A stretch of 64,000 bases of DNA, taken from assembly GCA_965248435.1 (NCBI GenBank), contig OZ252100.1, forward strand, positions 2,080,001 through 2,144,000, in the 5' to 3' direction. Both the position numbers and the translations under genes were made by a program. This DNA is from Candidatus Latescibacterota bacterium. Its GTDB lineage: Bacteria; Latescibacterota; UBA2968; GCA-2709665. Positions within the stretch are counted from its first letter, which is position 1. Each line of letters opens with the position of its first letter. The notes below the pieces were generated by a model. It ran no database searches. It was not told the origin of the DNA and worked only from the letters and a program-made list of their open reading frames with translations. Below, one piece after another: positions 1-8,838 of the stretch.

Positions 1-230
1 TCGAATCGATCAATATACGCAGCGACAGCGTCGTCGATCTTGGCCGCATCAGCTTCCGGAAGGAGCGCCTGGAAAACCTCGCTCAATGGGGTGCCGATGA
101 ACGGTCGGAGAGAGTGCAGTGCTGGTGGGGTACCCCCCATAGCACGAACTGCGTATGCGAGGCAACGAGTGATGCCTGGCGCGGAGTCTGTAAGTGTGCC
201 ATCGAGATCGAACATGACGTGTTGCTTCAT
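1..230 (-). CDS. HAD-family hydrolase (phosphoglycolate phosphatase/nucleotidase-like), runs off window
   Basis: Manual translation MKQHVMFDLDGTLTDSAPGI...FIGTPL; HAD motif I DxDGT. Confidence 0.85.
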   Translation of the reverse strand, partial: MKQHVMFDLDGTLTDSAPGITRCLAYAVRAMGGTPPALHSLRPFIGTPLSEVFQALLPEADAAKIDDAVAAYIDRF

Positions 231-242
231 CTCGGACCGCCT

Positions 243-962
243 CTACGTTTTAGTCACCCGCCGCGGAAGTCCCTCAACTCCATCGATCAGATCAGACATT
301 GTCGTGAGTCGAGGGAATCCACCAGACCTCTCTTTGAGAGCATTCTCCAAATTCCAGTGGGGCCATCTTTCGAGATACCAGCTCGCCCAATAGGGCTTCA
401 TACCTGCTCCGTGCGCTCCCGATAGTTCGTCGTTTGCTCCGTCCCCGACGAAAAGACACTCACCAGGATTCACCCCGAGTCGCTGGCAACCCTCGTGATA
501 GATCTCGACACCAGGCTTTAGTAGCCCGACGTCACAGGAAAACACTGTAGCATCTACATGCTGTGCTAATCGGCACGCAGGCCAGGCGGCGACTTCCTCC
601 CGACGCGCGTTGCTTATCAAACCAATCAGTATGTTTTGATTTTTCAGAGTCTGGATAACATCAAGCACTTCGCACTCGATACTCTGAAAAGGAAGAGCCT
701 TAAGTGCGATCCTCTCAGACTCAAGGTGCACAAGGAGTTCCTCGTCAATATCTCTCCCCACAGCAATACATATTTCGCGAAGCAAACTCCGATAGTCTGG
801 AATCTCACCCAGCAGGCTTGGCCCTCTACGCTTGTCCCATTCGTGCATTACCGCTGAGATATCTACGCCGAGCCGTCTCGCAAGATCAGGTTTAGGGCTC
901 TTGTTGGTCTCGTGCTCCGTTATGAGCGTCTCGTAGAGATCAAAGACAACAGCTCTAACCAA
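243..962 (-). CDS. HAD-family hydrolase
   Basis: VVFDLYETL motif I, KP..IY motif III, FVGDG..DE motif IV. Confidence 0.85.
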   Translation of the reverse strand: MVRAVVFDLYETLITEHETNKSPKPDLARRLGVDISAVMHEWDKRRGPSLLGEIPDYRSLLREICIAVGRDIDEELLVHLESERIALKALPFQSIECEVLDVIQTLKNQNILIGLISNARREEVAAWPACRLAQHVDATVFSCDVGLLKPGVEIYHEGCQRLGVNPGECLFVGDGANDELSGAHGAGMKPYWASWYLERWPHWNLENALKERSGGFPRLTTMSDLIDGVEGLPRRVTKT

Positions 963-1017
963 CGGGCAGTGCCTCCAAGCTGTCTCGGTTCATGGGCCTC
1001 AATTCTTTACGGGTGGC

Positions 1018-1070
1018 GGCTAACGTTCTCCCCGTGCGCGACCTGCGAAGCAGGTTTATAGCGAGGGGCT
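1018..1070 (-). repeat. Truncated attC-like site
   Basis: GGCTAACGTTCTC.CCGTGCGCGACCTGCG matches the left half of the local attC family; other end missing. Confidence 0.5.
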
Positions 1071-1073
1071 TTG

Positions 1074-1457
1074 CTATTCCACAACGTTCTTATGCCGGTC
1101 CACCCGCAGCAATCCCCTAGATGTATCGAGGATAACGATATGATTTCCCCACGGATCTTTTAGGACCGCACACTTGCCGATAGCAATGTCAAAAGGACCA
1201 GAGACTACTGCCCCACCGGCTGCCTTGAATTTCTCGGCGGCATCGGTAACAGAATCAACAAGGAGATCTGTTTCTACTGGTCGAGTATCGGTATGAAGAA
1301 CAAGCTCCGAGTCCGATTCTGGGAAACGGAGTCCCGCTGCTTCTCCACTGCGCCAGATTAGCTCATGTCCCAGTTTATCTTGATAGAACTCAATAGCAGA
1401 ATCGAGATTTGCTACTGGCAAACTGTGACAATCAATTTTTCGGAATAGTCCAGACAT
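1074..1457 (-). CDS. VOC/glyoxalase/bleomycin-resistance family protein
   Basis: V.NLDSAIEFY...LG and GPFDIAIG..AVLKDPWGN motifs. Confidence 0.85.
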   Translation of the reverse strand: MSGLFRKIDCHSLPVANLDSAIEFYQDKLGHELIWRSGEAAGLRFPESDSELVLHTDTRPVETDLLVDSVTDAAEKFKAAGGAVVSGPFDIAIGKCAVLKDPWGNHIVILDTSRGLLRVDRHKNVVE

Positions 1458-1470
1458 TGAATACCTTCAC

Positions 1471-1526
1471 GCCTAACTTGTGATGGGGTTCTTGTGCGCG
1501 ACTTTTCGGGGTAGAGCTGTTGGGAC
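1471..1526 (-). repeat. Short attC-like site of a different family
   Basis: GCCTAAC...GTTGGGA ends, directly upstream of the VOC start. Confidence 0.4.
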
Positions 1527-1542
1527 TCCCTGCGCCGCTCGC

Positions 1543-1627
1543 GTGTAACGTTCTCGCGGGCAGCGAAGCTGCGAAGTAGGTTGGGCGAAAGAGCGAAAGC
1601 CCCGAGCCGCAGCCGGGCGTGTTAAAT
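1543..1627 (-). repeat. attC site
   Basis: GTGTAAC...GTTAAAT imperfect palindrome between cassette genes; family core TAACGTTCTC...GAGCCG...CGTGTTA. Confidence 0.75.
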
Positions 1628-1669
1628 GCTGTCGTGGCCTGAGGTGGTTTGGGCAAGACGAAAAGGGTG

Positions 1670-2473
1670 TCAGTTTGGCTTTATGTACTGTGTCCTATAG
1701 CTGATCTTTCCATTCTTGAATTCATATATTCTGAAAGTTGCTTGTCGTCCCCAATAGCCTGCAACGGGGGAGCAGACGTACAGCGGGACGTTTCCCAACC
1801 AATGATGTTCATCTCTGTGAAAGTGCCCAGCGATTACCGCTTTCACATTGTGGGTGTTGATGAACTTTTCCCATTTATCTCGGAATTTCCTCTTCCAGCC
1901 CTCATGGATTTTGTTCCTGTAGAAATCTTCAACTGATGGGGTGTGATGAAAGAGCAAAACCGGACGTCCATCTGCTCTTTGGAGGTATCCTTCAAGTTCC
2001 TTTAGGGGTTCAAATCCTTCAAGAATGAACGATTGCGCTAAAGGCTCAGTGCAGATAAAGATAAAGACTACGCCCTTATATTCTGCCTTTGAAATCAATG
2101 TTCCAAAGTTGCTCTCGTATGTGCGTCTAGTCTCCTCAAGCAGTTTTGGAAGGAAATCATGATTCCCGGGAACATAGTGGATTGGAACCTGGAGGTCGCC
2201 TAAAACAGACCTGGCATTGGTGAGAGTAGCTTCATCAAGAATTTTATTCATTGTTATGTCGCCAGTGTGAACAACGCATTCGATTTTCATAGGCAAGTTA
2301 TTTATACGATCCACAACTCTAGCGACACGCTTAGCATGATCGCCGTCTCCGAAGTGGGTATCAGAAATCTGAACGAAGTAGAAATGAACATCATCGGACT
2401 CGTCTGCACAGATCGGATAGGCTCTGAAGAAAGCGAGAGCAACAAGCAAACAAATGTGATATCTCTTTAGCAT
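1670..2473 (-). CDS. Secreted calcineurin-like metallophosphoesterase
   Basis: Signal peptide; SDTH, HTGD, PGNHD, HH, AGHFH motifs; ATG at 2473 preferred because the longer ORF overlaps an attC. Confidence 0.85.
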   Translation of the reverse strand: MLKRYHICLLVALAFFRAYPICADESDDVHFYFVQISDTHFGDGDHAKRVARVVDRINNLPMKIECVVHTGDITMNKILDEATLTNARSVLGDLQVPIHYVPGNHDFLPKLLEETRRTYESNFGTLISKAEYKGVVFIFICTEPLAQSFILEGFEPLKELEGYLQRADGRPVLLFHHTPSVEDFYRNKIHEGWKRKFRDKWEKFINTHNVKAVIAGHFHRDEHHWLGNVPLYVCSPVAGYWGRQATFRIYEFKNGKISYRTQYIKPN

Positions 2474-2530
2474 TGTTATTTCCTTCTGGGGCTTCCCAGG
2501 GCATGAGGTTTTGGGATAGGCCACGACTGC

Positions 2531-2611
2531 GTGTAACGTTCCAGACACTTGCGAACCCCGAAGGGGTTTGCCGAGGGCCGAAAGGCCTTAGGCGCAAGTG
2601 CCATGTTATCG
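2531..2611 (-). repeat. attC site
   Basis: GTGTAAC...CACTTGCG...CGCAAGTG...GTTATCG palindrome. Confidence 0.8.
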
Positions 2612-2626
2612 GAAGTGTGCGACCAA

Positions 2627-3199
2627 TCAAAGCTCCGGGTGGGTAAGTCTGTATCGTGTGACCAGCCTTTCACCACTGTGAACTGAATTTTCTAGAATTC
2701 CGCGTTCGTGGACTTGAAAGTCTAATTTCTCCAAAACTTTGATTGATGCAACGTTGTCTTCAATAGGACTCGCCTGGATTGTCTCAATTTCAAGGTCGTT
2801 GAAAGCAAACTCGACTACTCTATTTGCAGCTTCCGTGGCGTATCCTTTGTTCCACTCTTCCGGAATGATCGAGAACCCGAGGATCGCCAGATCCCGAAAC
2901 TTACTAAGCGAGACAAAGCCAACATCAACATGATTATCCTTTCTCTCGATTATCATGGAGAGAGCTTCTCCAACTTCATTTCCCGACATCACCCTTGAGA
3001 CAAATTCCTCTGCATGCTGGTGCTTAAAGGGAAATGTGACCTTTGATAAGTGCCTAGAAACCTCCCAATTCGAATACAGCTTGAACACAAAGTCAACGTC
3101 GCCAAGATCAAGCCGCCTGAAATAAAGACGTCTTGTTCCGGTTGACGGTGTCCGCCAATGCTTACTAGACGCCACTAATTGACTCCTGGACTTACGCAC
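2627..3199 (-). CDS. GNAT N-acetyltransferase (RimJ/RimL type)
   Basis: PEEWNKGYATEA and N.ASIKVLEKLDF motifs. Confidence 0.85.
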   Translation of the reverse strand: MRKSRSQLVASSKHWRTPSTGTRRLYFRRLDLGDVDFVFKLYSNWEVSRHLSKVTFPFKHQHAEEFVSRVMSGNEVGEALSMIIERKDNHVDVGFVSLSKFRDLAILGFSIIPEEWNKGYATEAANRVVEFAFNDLEIETIQASPIEDNVASIKVLEKLDFQVHERGILENSVHSGERLVTRYRLTHPEL

Positions 3200-3204
3200 A
3201 TTCC

Positions 3205-3270
3205 CGATAACGGTTGCGCCACGCGCGAGCCCCGCTAAGCGGCGAAGCCGTGAAAGGGCCTGCGTGGATA
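3205..3270 (-). repeat. Degenerate attC site
   Basis: CGATAAC end is exactly complementary to the R'' box (GTTATCG 2605-2611) of the downstream cassette. Confidence 0.55.
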
Positions 3271-3280
3271 ATTGAGCGCG

Positions 3281-3871
3281 CTAAAACGGTATTACGCCCA
3301 AAGCACCAAGGCGATAACGCCCATCGTCGTACTCGATAGTCGTAAGAGAACACCCAGGTATGACATCGCTGCTGTAAGGGTGCACGCGGAACTCAGGGCG
3401 GATAGGATCAAGTTCCTCCGATGAGAAGACATTGAGGAGGAAATCGGCCAGTACACCCCCGTGAGTCACCGCGACAACGGAGCCGAATGACTGAGTATGG
3501 CAATTCGAGACGAAGGCCTCGATGCGTCGGCCCGCCTCAATACTGGAGTCACCCGTGCTCGGCCGGTAGGCACGTTCACGGCTACAACGGTCCCAATCGG
3601 CTACAAACTCGTCGAATGATTGGCCCTCAACATCGCCCCAATTCATCCGCTCACGCAGACGTAAATCCTCTACAACTTCGAGGTCCAAGGCCGTGGCGAT
3701 AACCTCTGCCGTCTCTCTTGCTCGTGCGAGAGGGCTACTGAAGACCCCTGAGTTGCTCGACGACAGCTCGGTGGCGACCAAGTGAGCCTCTTCTCGCCCT
3801 TCGGGCGTCAATGAAGGATCTCCGACATGTCGGCCTCGTTTGCCATGTCGGATGAAGTGGACTCGAGTCAT
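3281..3871 (-). CDS. Histidine phosphatase (phosphoglycerate mutase-like)
   Basis: IRHG, SSPLARARETA, LRE, VTHGG motifs. Confidence 0.85.
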   Translation of the reverse strand: MTRVHFIRHGKRGRHVGDPSLTPEGREEAHLVATELSSSNSGVFSSPLARARETAEVIATALDLEVVEDLRLRERMNWGDVEGQSFDEFVADWDRCSRERAYRPSTGDSSIEAGRRIEAFVSNCHTQSFGSVVAVTHGGVLADFLLNVFSSEELDPIRPEFRVHPYSSDVIPGCSLTTIEYDDGRYRLGALGVIPF

Positions 3872-4003
3872 AGCTGATCCTTTCGCCAATTCTGCCGAAT
3901 GGGCTTGTTGGACGAGAACAACCTCTCTCTGACCTACAGACTCGCGAGGAACGGGATTAGTCCACTTGCACGAAAAGTCTGCTCCTGCTTTTGCGCCAGT
4001 TTC

Positions 4004-4070
4004 GCCTAAGGTTCTCGGTACCCGCGAATCCGCGCAGTAGGATGAGCCGAAGCGAGCGCTTGCAGGCTTG
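4004..4070 (-). repeat. Degenerate attC site
   Basis: GCCTAAGGTTCTCGGTACCCGCGAATCCGCGCAGTAGG closely resembles attC at 8720. Confidence 0.5.
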
Positions 4071-4073
4071 ATC

Positions 4074-4661
4074 CTATCCTGATGAACGTAGTTCCTTGAA
4101 CCAAACCAACTGAACTTCGTCGGGAAACTCTGTGTATGCGTACTGGTGAAAAATACCTAGTCTACATCCCTGCGCGACATAGAACCGGCAAGCGGGAACG
4201 TTGATATTCTGTGTCTCGATCTTCAGCAGGGTACAATCTCGACTTCTTGCCCAATTTTCTATACTTCTGAAAAGCAGTTTTCCAACCCCTTTCCTACGGT
4301 AATCAGGATGCACACGAATGTCCCACAAGGCAGCCATGTCGGTGCGCCCTTCTAAGAAGTTGACGCCGGGAGTATTATATGCCACGGTCGCAGCACCGAT
4401 ACGGTGGACCCCTTCGAATACTGAAAGGAATCCCCAGTTGGACAAGTCCCAGCGTTCGCGCCAGCGAGTAGGCGTCTCCCCGGCGTCTTCGTCGTATGCT
4501 TTGACGTAGGGAGGAACGACAGCCTCTTCAGTCAAGCGGATGCCACCAAGCCCATCTTCAATGAGTTCAACACTGAGCTTGGACTTGACCTCGAAGGCTA
4601 TTGAAATCTCGCCGTATTCTTCGAGTTTCTCTAGACTCTCTTCTTCTACTCTGAAATCCAT
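4074..4661 (-). CDS. GNAT acetyltransferase, streptothricin acetyltransferase (Sat)-like
   Basis: DIRVHPDYRRKGVG and ETQNINVPACRFY motifs. Confidence 0.8.
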   Translation of the reverse strand: MDFRVEEESLEKLEEYGEISIAFEVKSKLSVELIEDGLGGIRLTEEAVVPPYVKAYDEDAGETPTRWRERWDLSNWGFLSVFEGVHRIGAATVAYNTPGVNFLEGRTDMAALWDIRVHPDYRRKGVGKLLFRSIENWARSRDCTLLKIETQNINVPACRFYVAQGCRLGIFHQYAYTEFPDEVQLVWFKELRSSG

Positions 4662-4690
4662 GGATTTTACCACATGCCCAGAAAATTGCC

Positions 4691-4778
4691 GCCGAACGTT
4701 CCCGGCACTCCCCGAACCTGCCGCAGGCTGGTTAGGCAGAGGCCCTCATGGGCCGGAGCCGTGGGTGCCGTGTTATGA
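4691..4778 (-). repeat. attC site
   Basis: GCCGAACGTTCCCGGCAC...GAGCCGTGGGTGCCGTGTTATGA. Confidence 0.75.
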
Positions 4779-4801
4779 GGGGTTAGGGTGTCTACAGTTT
4801 T

Positions 4802-5610
4802 TCACTTCTTTTTGCCAACTGTCAAAAGATGCAGACTCACGCCTAGAAGGGCTGACTCTTCCTCTATCAAGCGAAGCGCTTCAAGAATAACCTGTTTCTG
4901 TTCTGGATCTGACCACCGCTCGTCGAAATCCCCCAAGAGCCATCCTGGTCTCTCCAGGCCCATCGTTTTTAAATGGATAAATCCAGCTTCTTCGATTTCC
5001 TCTTGTAACTCTTCTGGCCTGTGAAAGTATGCAGTGGTGAAATAATGGGGGGTTTCCTTCGGATTGAGGTGTTTCCCAACTTTCAAGTCTCTTTGGACAA
5101 TTTCACGGAACTCTGGATCGGACAGAAAACCCCGTTTCAATCCACTAGAAGGGATGCGAACCGTGAAATGGCACCACAAAAAACGAAGCCACCCTTCTTT
5201 AGGACTCGGCGAGCTTCCTTCAGCGACTGGATCCGATCCGAGCGATCTGGAAGGTGATAGAGCGGCCCGAGCAGGAGCACCACATCCATCGATTCAGACT
5301 CGAAGTCAAGCTCTCTGGCCTCTCCTTGGCCGATGCTGGCAAGAAGGGTACTACCTTCCCTGGTCTTGGCCTGCTCCAGGTGGAGGGGCACAATGTCAAT
5401 CAGGTGCACATTGTACGACTTTTCTGCCAGCCAGAAGGCGTAAGCACCCGCCCCGCCTCCAACGTCGAGAACTTGAGCTGGGGGAGGCGGTAAATATCTC
5501 AGTAAAACCTCCTTCGTCCGTTCGAACTCGAGGCGGGAAACTCCCTCGGCTAGGCGAGTTGCCTCGTCTTTGACTGTCTCGTAATGTCTGATCACCTTCG
5601 AATCCATCAT
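4802..5610 (-). pseudogene. Class I SAM-dependent methyltransferase, frameshifted near 5143
   Basis: VLDVGGGAG motif; ...SRFASLL continues as GLKRGFLSDPEF in another frame; one missing base restores LLDGLK. Confidence 0.75.
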
Positions 5611-5654
5611 TGCTCCCATACTGGACGTTCGCATACTGATAGCTTCTCTGAAAC

Positions 5655-6182
5655 TCAGTCTGGAGAGCCCATCGCTTCCCTAACTACGCGACGAATGAAC
5701 GAACCCTTTGCCCCACCGTACGCCTCACGGTCAAAACGAAAGCGTCGAGCCAGTTCGCCCTTTAAAGCAGCATACTCCTGTGCAGTATTGGGGTGCGAGC
5801 GCAAGTAATCGCGGAATGCTATTCGCTTGTTCCAGCAATTACTTCCATACGGAATAAGCTGAAGGTTATAAGGCTGCTTACCTTGCACCCTTTTGTCGAA
5901 GAAATGCATGTCATGCGGGCAAACAGAATCATAGCAGTATCTAACTGCCTCAAGAGACCCAAGAGCCGGTCGAGTTTCGTCGAGGCCAGCCACCCCAACT
6001 TGAATGTCGACTATAGGTTTTGCGGCAAGCCCGGGAACTGAAGTACTGCCAACGTGTTCAATGCTGCCAACCACGTACTCGCCGATCGCAGTGACGAGCA
6101 CTTCACGTTCTCTCTGGAATGCGGCGGGCCATGATTCGTCATAATCAACGATTTCAACTCTCTCCACTTCACGGGCAACCAT
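5655..6182 (-). CDS. GrpB/UPF0157 family protein
   Basis: IEHVGSTSVPGLAAKPIVDI and FRDYLR..Y..LK motifs. Confidence 0.9.
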   Translation of the reverse strand: MVAREVERVEIVDYDESWPAAFQREREVLVTAIGEYVVGSIEHVGSTSVPGLAAKPIVDIQVGVAGLDETRPALGSLEAVRYCYDSVCPHDMHFFDKRVQGKQPYNLQLIPYGSNCWNKRIAFRDYLRSHPNTAQEYAALKGELARRFRFDREAYGGAKGSFIRRVVREAMGSPD

Positions 6183-6271
6183 GCTGACTCCTGATAGGGA
6201 TCACATTCAAGATAAGTTTGATATAAGCTGGGCCGCCGTAAACGTAGTGACTACTCGACTTCTGCTCAGAA

Positions 6272-6871
6272 TTAATCCCCAAATAGGACGACCCCAACAG
6301 CGCCGAGTCCATAACGGTTCCCGTCATACGAAACGGTTGTAATCGAGCACTCACGCATGACTTCACCACTGTATGGGTCATCACAGAATTTCGAACTCAC
6401 GCGACCCAGTTCTTCAGATGAGAAAACGTTGAGAAGGAAGTCTGCCAGGACGCCGCCATGGGTCACCGCGATCACAGTGCCTTTGAATACCTGGTGGTAG
6501 CAATCGGAAACAAAAGCCTCAATGCGTCTGCCAGCCTCCATGCTTGAATCGCCAACACTGGGTCGGTAATCTCGTTCGCGGCTGCAACGCTCCCACTGCG
6601 CTACGAATTCGTCGAAAGATTGGCCTTCGATGTCGCCCCAGTTCATGCGTTCGCGCAGCCGTGAATCTTCGGTCATTTCAAGGTTCAAGATTGCAGCGAT
6701 GATCTCCGCTGTCTCTCTCGCTCGTGCCGGTGAACTGCTGAAAATTCGTGTGATGTCGTTTGAAGCTAACCTCTTGGCGAGCAGTCCAGCATCTTCTCGC
6801 CCCTCTGATGTCAATGATGGATCGCCCATCTTGCGGTCTCTCTTACCGTGGCGAATAAAGTGAAAGCGCAT
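6272..6871 (-). CDS. Histidine phosphatase, paralog of 3281-3871
   Basis: IRHG, RARETA, RLRERMNWGD, VTHGG. Confidence 0.85.
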   Translation of the reverse strand: MRFHFIRHGKRDRKMGDPSLTSEGREDAGLLAKRLASNDITRIFSSSPARARETAEIIAAILNLEMTEDSRLRERMNWGDIEGQSFDEFVAQWERCSRERDYRPSVGDSSMEAGRRIEAFVSDCYHQVFKGTVIAVTHGGVLADFLLNVFSSEELGRVSSKFCDDPYSGEVMRECSITTVSYDGNRYGLGAVGVVLFGD

Positions 6872-6942
6872 TAAGTCTACCTGCCTTCCGATCTTTCTTG
6901 TGCACAATTTGTCGGAGTGGGGGGAACTTTTGCGCCGCTTGC

Positions 6943-7027
6943 CGCTAACGTTTTCGCCGTGTGCGAACTGCCGCAGGCAGTTGAGCGAAGTCCCTTGCGG
7001 CCTGAGCCGCGCACGGACGTGTTATGT
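6943..7027 (-). repeat. attC site
   Basis: CGCTAACGTTTTCGCCGTGTGCG...GAGCCGCGCACGGACGTGTTATGT palindrome. Confidence 0.8.
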
Positions 7028-7038
7028 GCAGTGGACGA

Positions 7039-8088
7039 TCAGTCCGAAATTTCAGCCTTTCCGTACCATAGTCTCAAAACCTTCTCGGCAGGCTTCCCTT
7101 GGGGAGTAAAAGGCGCTTGAAATCGCCGCACTGCTTCATTGGACCGTGGGTGCCACTTCCAGATATACATCCCAGAAAGCCATTCGGCACGTGAAACTGC
7201 TTGGAAGAACGCTTCGTAGCAGTTGGCCTGCGTCTGTAAGCCCTCTTTTGTAAAACCGACCGTACTTGTCTTCAAACCCCGTTTTGGCTTCTCCCAATGC
7301 CAAGGGCGAATCGCAGCATTTGACTCGCTTCGATACCCAACTTCGGTAAACAGAATGGACTTTCCGTATGTTCGATGTACAGTCTGTATACGTTTGAGAT
7401 GGTTCTTCCACCCCTTTAGAAGTTCTGGAATCGATGGATTGTCATGCTCGGCTACTGGAAAATACGCCTGAATACCGATAAAATCGAGAGCGTCCCAAAA
7501 CCTGACTTGCTCAATTTCACTGTCCCAATTGGCCCCGTAAACTAACAAGCCTTTATACACTTTCCTGATAGCAGCGATAATTTTCCTCCAGTCACTTTCC
7601 CGCGTCGTCGTTCCCTGCAATTCCGTACCAATGCACAATGCTTCAATATCCGCCTCTTCAGCCAGCCGAGCGTAATGAAGTATGAAACGTTTGTAATTAT
7701 CGAACCACTGACGCCATTCAGCATCGTTGTCCATTTCTATGTCACCGCTCCAATGGCGGCCCCAAACTTGAGGCTTCAAAAGGGTTTTGATGCCCACCTG
7801 TCGGGCCAACTTCGCAGTTTTGGCGATTCCTAGATCATTCTCTCCCCACCAATCTGAATCAGCGTTAAGTTCGATTTCAGGTGAATGAGCATCGTGATGC
7901 CAGCCAAAGGTAGTCTGGGAGATCCAGTTGACATGATTGCGCAATAGTGGCTTGAGGTCATCCAACTCAACGGGTTCCGTTGCTGCGACCCAACAGACGC
8001 CTCGCTGCATGGTATCGGCTCTGGGGGAAGTGGAGACAGATGACACCAACACACAGGCCAATACGAAAATGCCATAGCGCGAGAACAT
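7039..8088 (-). CDS. Secreted glycoside hydrolase, GH113-like
   Basis: Signal peptide; LKPQVW, CIGTEL, YGANWD, FWDALDFIGIQAYFP, FTEVGYRS, FTPQGKPAE. Confidence 0.75.
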   Translation of the reverse strand: MFSRYGIFVLACVLVSSVSTSPRADTMQRGVCWVAATEPVELDDLKPLLRNHVNWISQTTFGWHHDAHSPEIELNADSDWWGENDLGIAKTAKLARQVGIKTLLKPQVWGRHWSGDIEMDNDAEWRQWFDNYKRFILHYARLAEEADIEALCIGTELQGTTTRESDWRKIIAAIRKVYKGLLVYGANWDSEIEQVRFWDALDFIGIQAYFPVAEHDNPSIPELLKGWKNHLKRIQTVHRTYGKSILFTEVGYRSESNAAIRPWHWEKPKRGLKTSTVGFTKEGLQTQANCYEAFFQAVSRAEWLSGMYIWKWHPRSNEAVRRFQAPFTPQGKPAEKVLRLWYGKAEISD

Positions 8089-8145
8089 CGCATTGCCGTT
8101 CAAAAGACTGCTCATCTTATCCGAGGTACAGTATTTGCCCATTGC

Positions 8146-8180
8146 AGGTATCGTTCTCGCCGTGCACGGACGTGTTAGGC
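8146..8180 (-). repeat. Internally deleted attC site
   Basis: CGTTCTCGCCGTGCACGGACGTGTTAGGC equals the two ends of the 6943 attC joined. Confidence 0.6.
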
Positions 8181-8186
8181 GATGTT

Positions 8187-8699
8187 TTACTCTCGCTGAA
8201 AATATGGTGCGCTCGATGCGTACGAGATCCTAGTGTGGTTCTCATCGAACACGCTAATACCAGAATAGAAGAATTTGCTGTCTTGGAGCATCTCTGGGAG
8301 GAACGCTCTTTGATAGCTGGTCAAATCTTCAAGGTCCGAAACGGACTCAATGTCGTGCCACGCGAGCGTTCCTTCGTTTGACTCCTCGAAAATCGTGCCT
8401 GTGTGCGATTTGGCGGTAATGAGGTGGGAAATCCCAGCTGAGCCAGACTCGATAAACCAGGCAAAAGTCCCTTGGAAATGCAGGTCACTAATGGATAAAC
8501 CAGTCTCCTCCAGAAACTCTCGCCTTGCGGCCTCAAACAGATCTTCGCCTGGCTCGATTTTCCCCCCGATCCCGATCCACTCATTAGGCAGCATCCTCGC
8601 GTCGTGTGGCTTCCGGAGTAGCAACACTTTTTCATCATCGACGAGATACACGACCGTAAAAGGCTGAATCGAGCAATTGAAAAGTTCGGGACTGAACAT
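8187..8699 (-). CDS. NUDIX hydrolase (8-oxo-dGTPase-like)
   Basis: Nudix box GGKIEPGE....AARREFLEETGL. Confidence 0.9.
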   Translation of the reverse strand: MFSPELFNCSIQPFTVVYLVDDEKVLLLRKPHDARMLPNEWIGIGGKIEPGEDLFEAARREFLEETGLSISDLHFQGTFAWFIESGSAGISHLITAKSHTGTIFEESNEGTLAWHDIESVSDLEDLTSYQRAFLPEMLQDSKFFYSGISVFDENHTRISYASSAPYFQRE

Positions 8700-8719
8700 T
8701 AAGACTCTCGAAGAATGTC

Positions 8720-8804
8720 GCCTAACGCTCTCGGCACCCACGAACCCGCGCAGCAGATTGGGCGAAGGGGCGAATGCACCGAGCCGTGGGTGCTCGTGTT
8801 AGCC
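8720..8804 (-). repeat. attC site
   Basis: GCCTAAC...GCACCCACG...CGTGGGTGC...GTTAGCC palindrome. Confidence 0.8.
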
Positions 8805-8838
8805 GTTGCCGGGGCCAGTAAGCTTCTTCACTTGAGAA

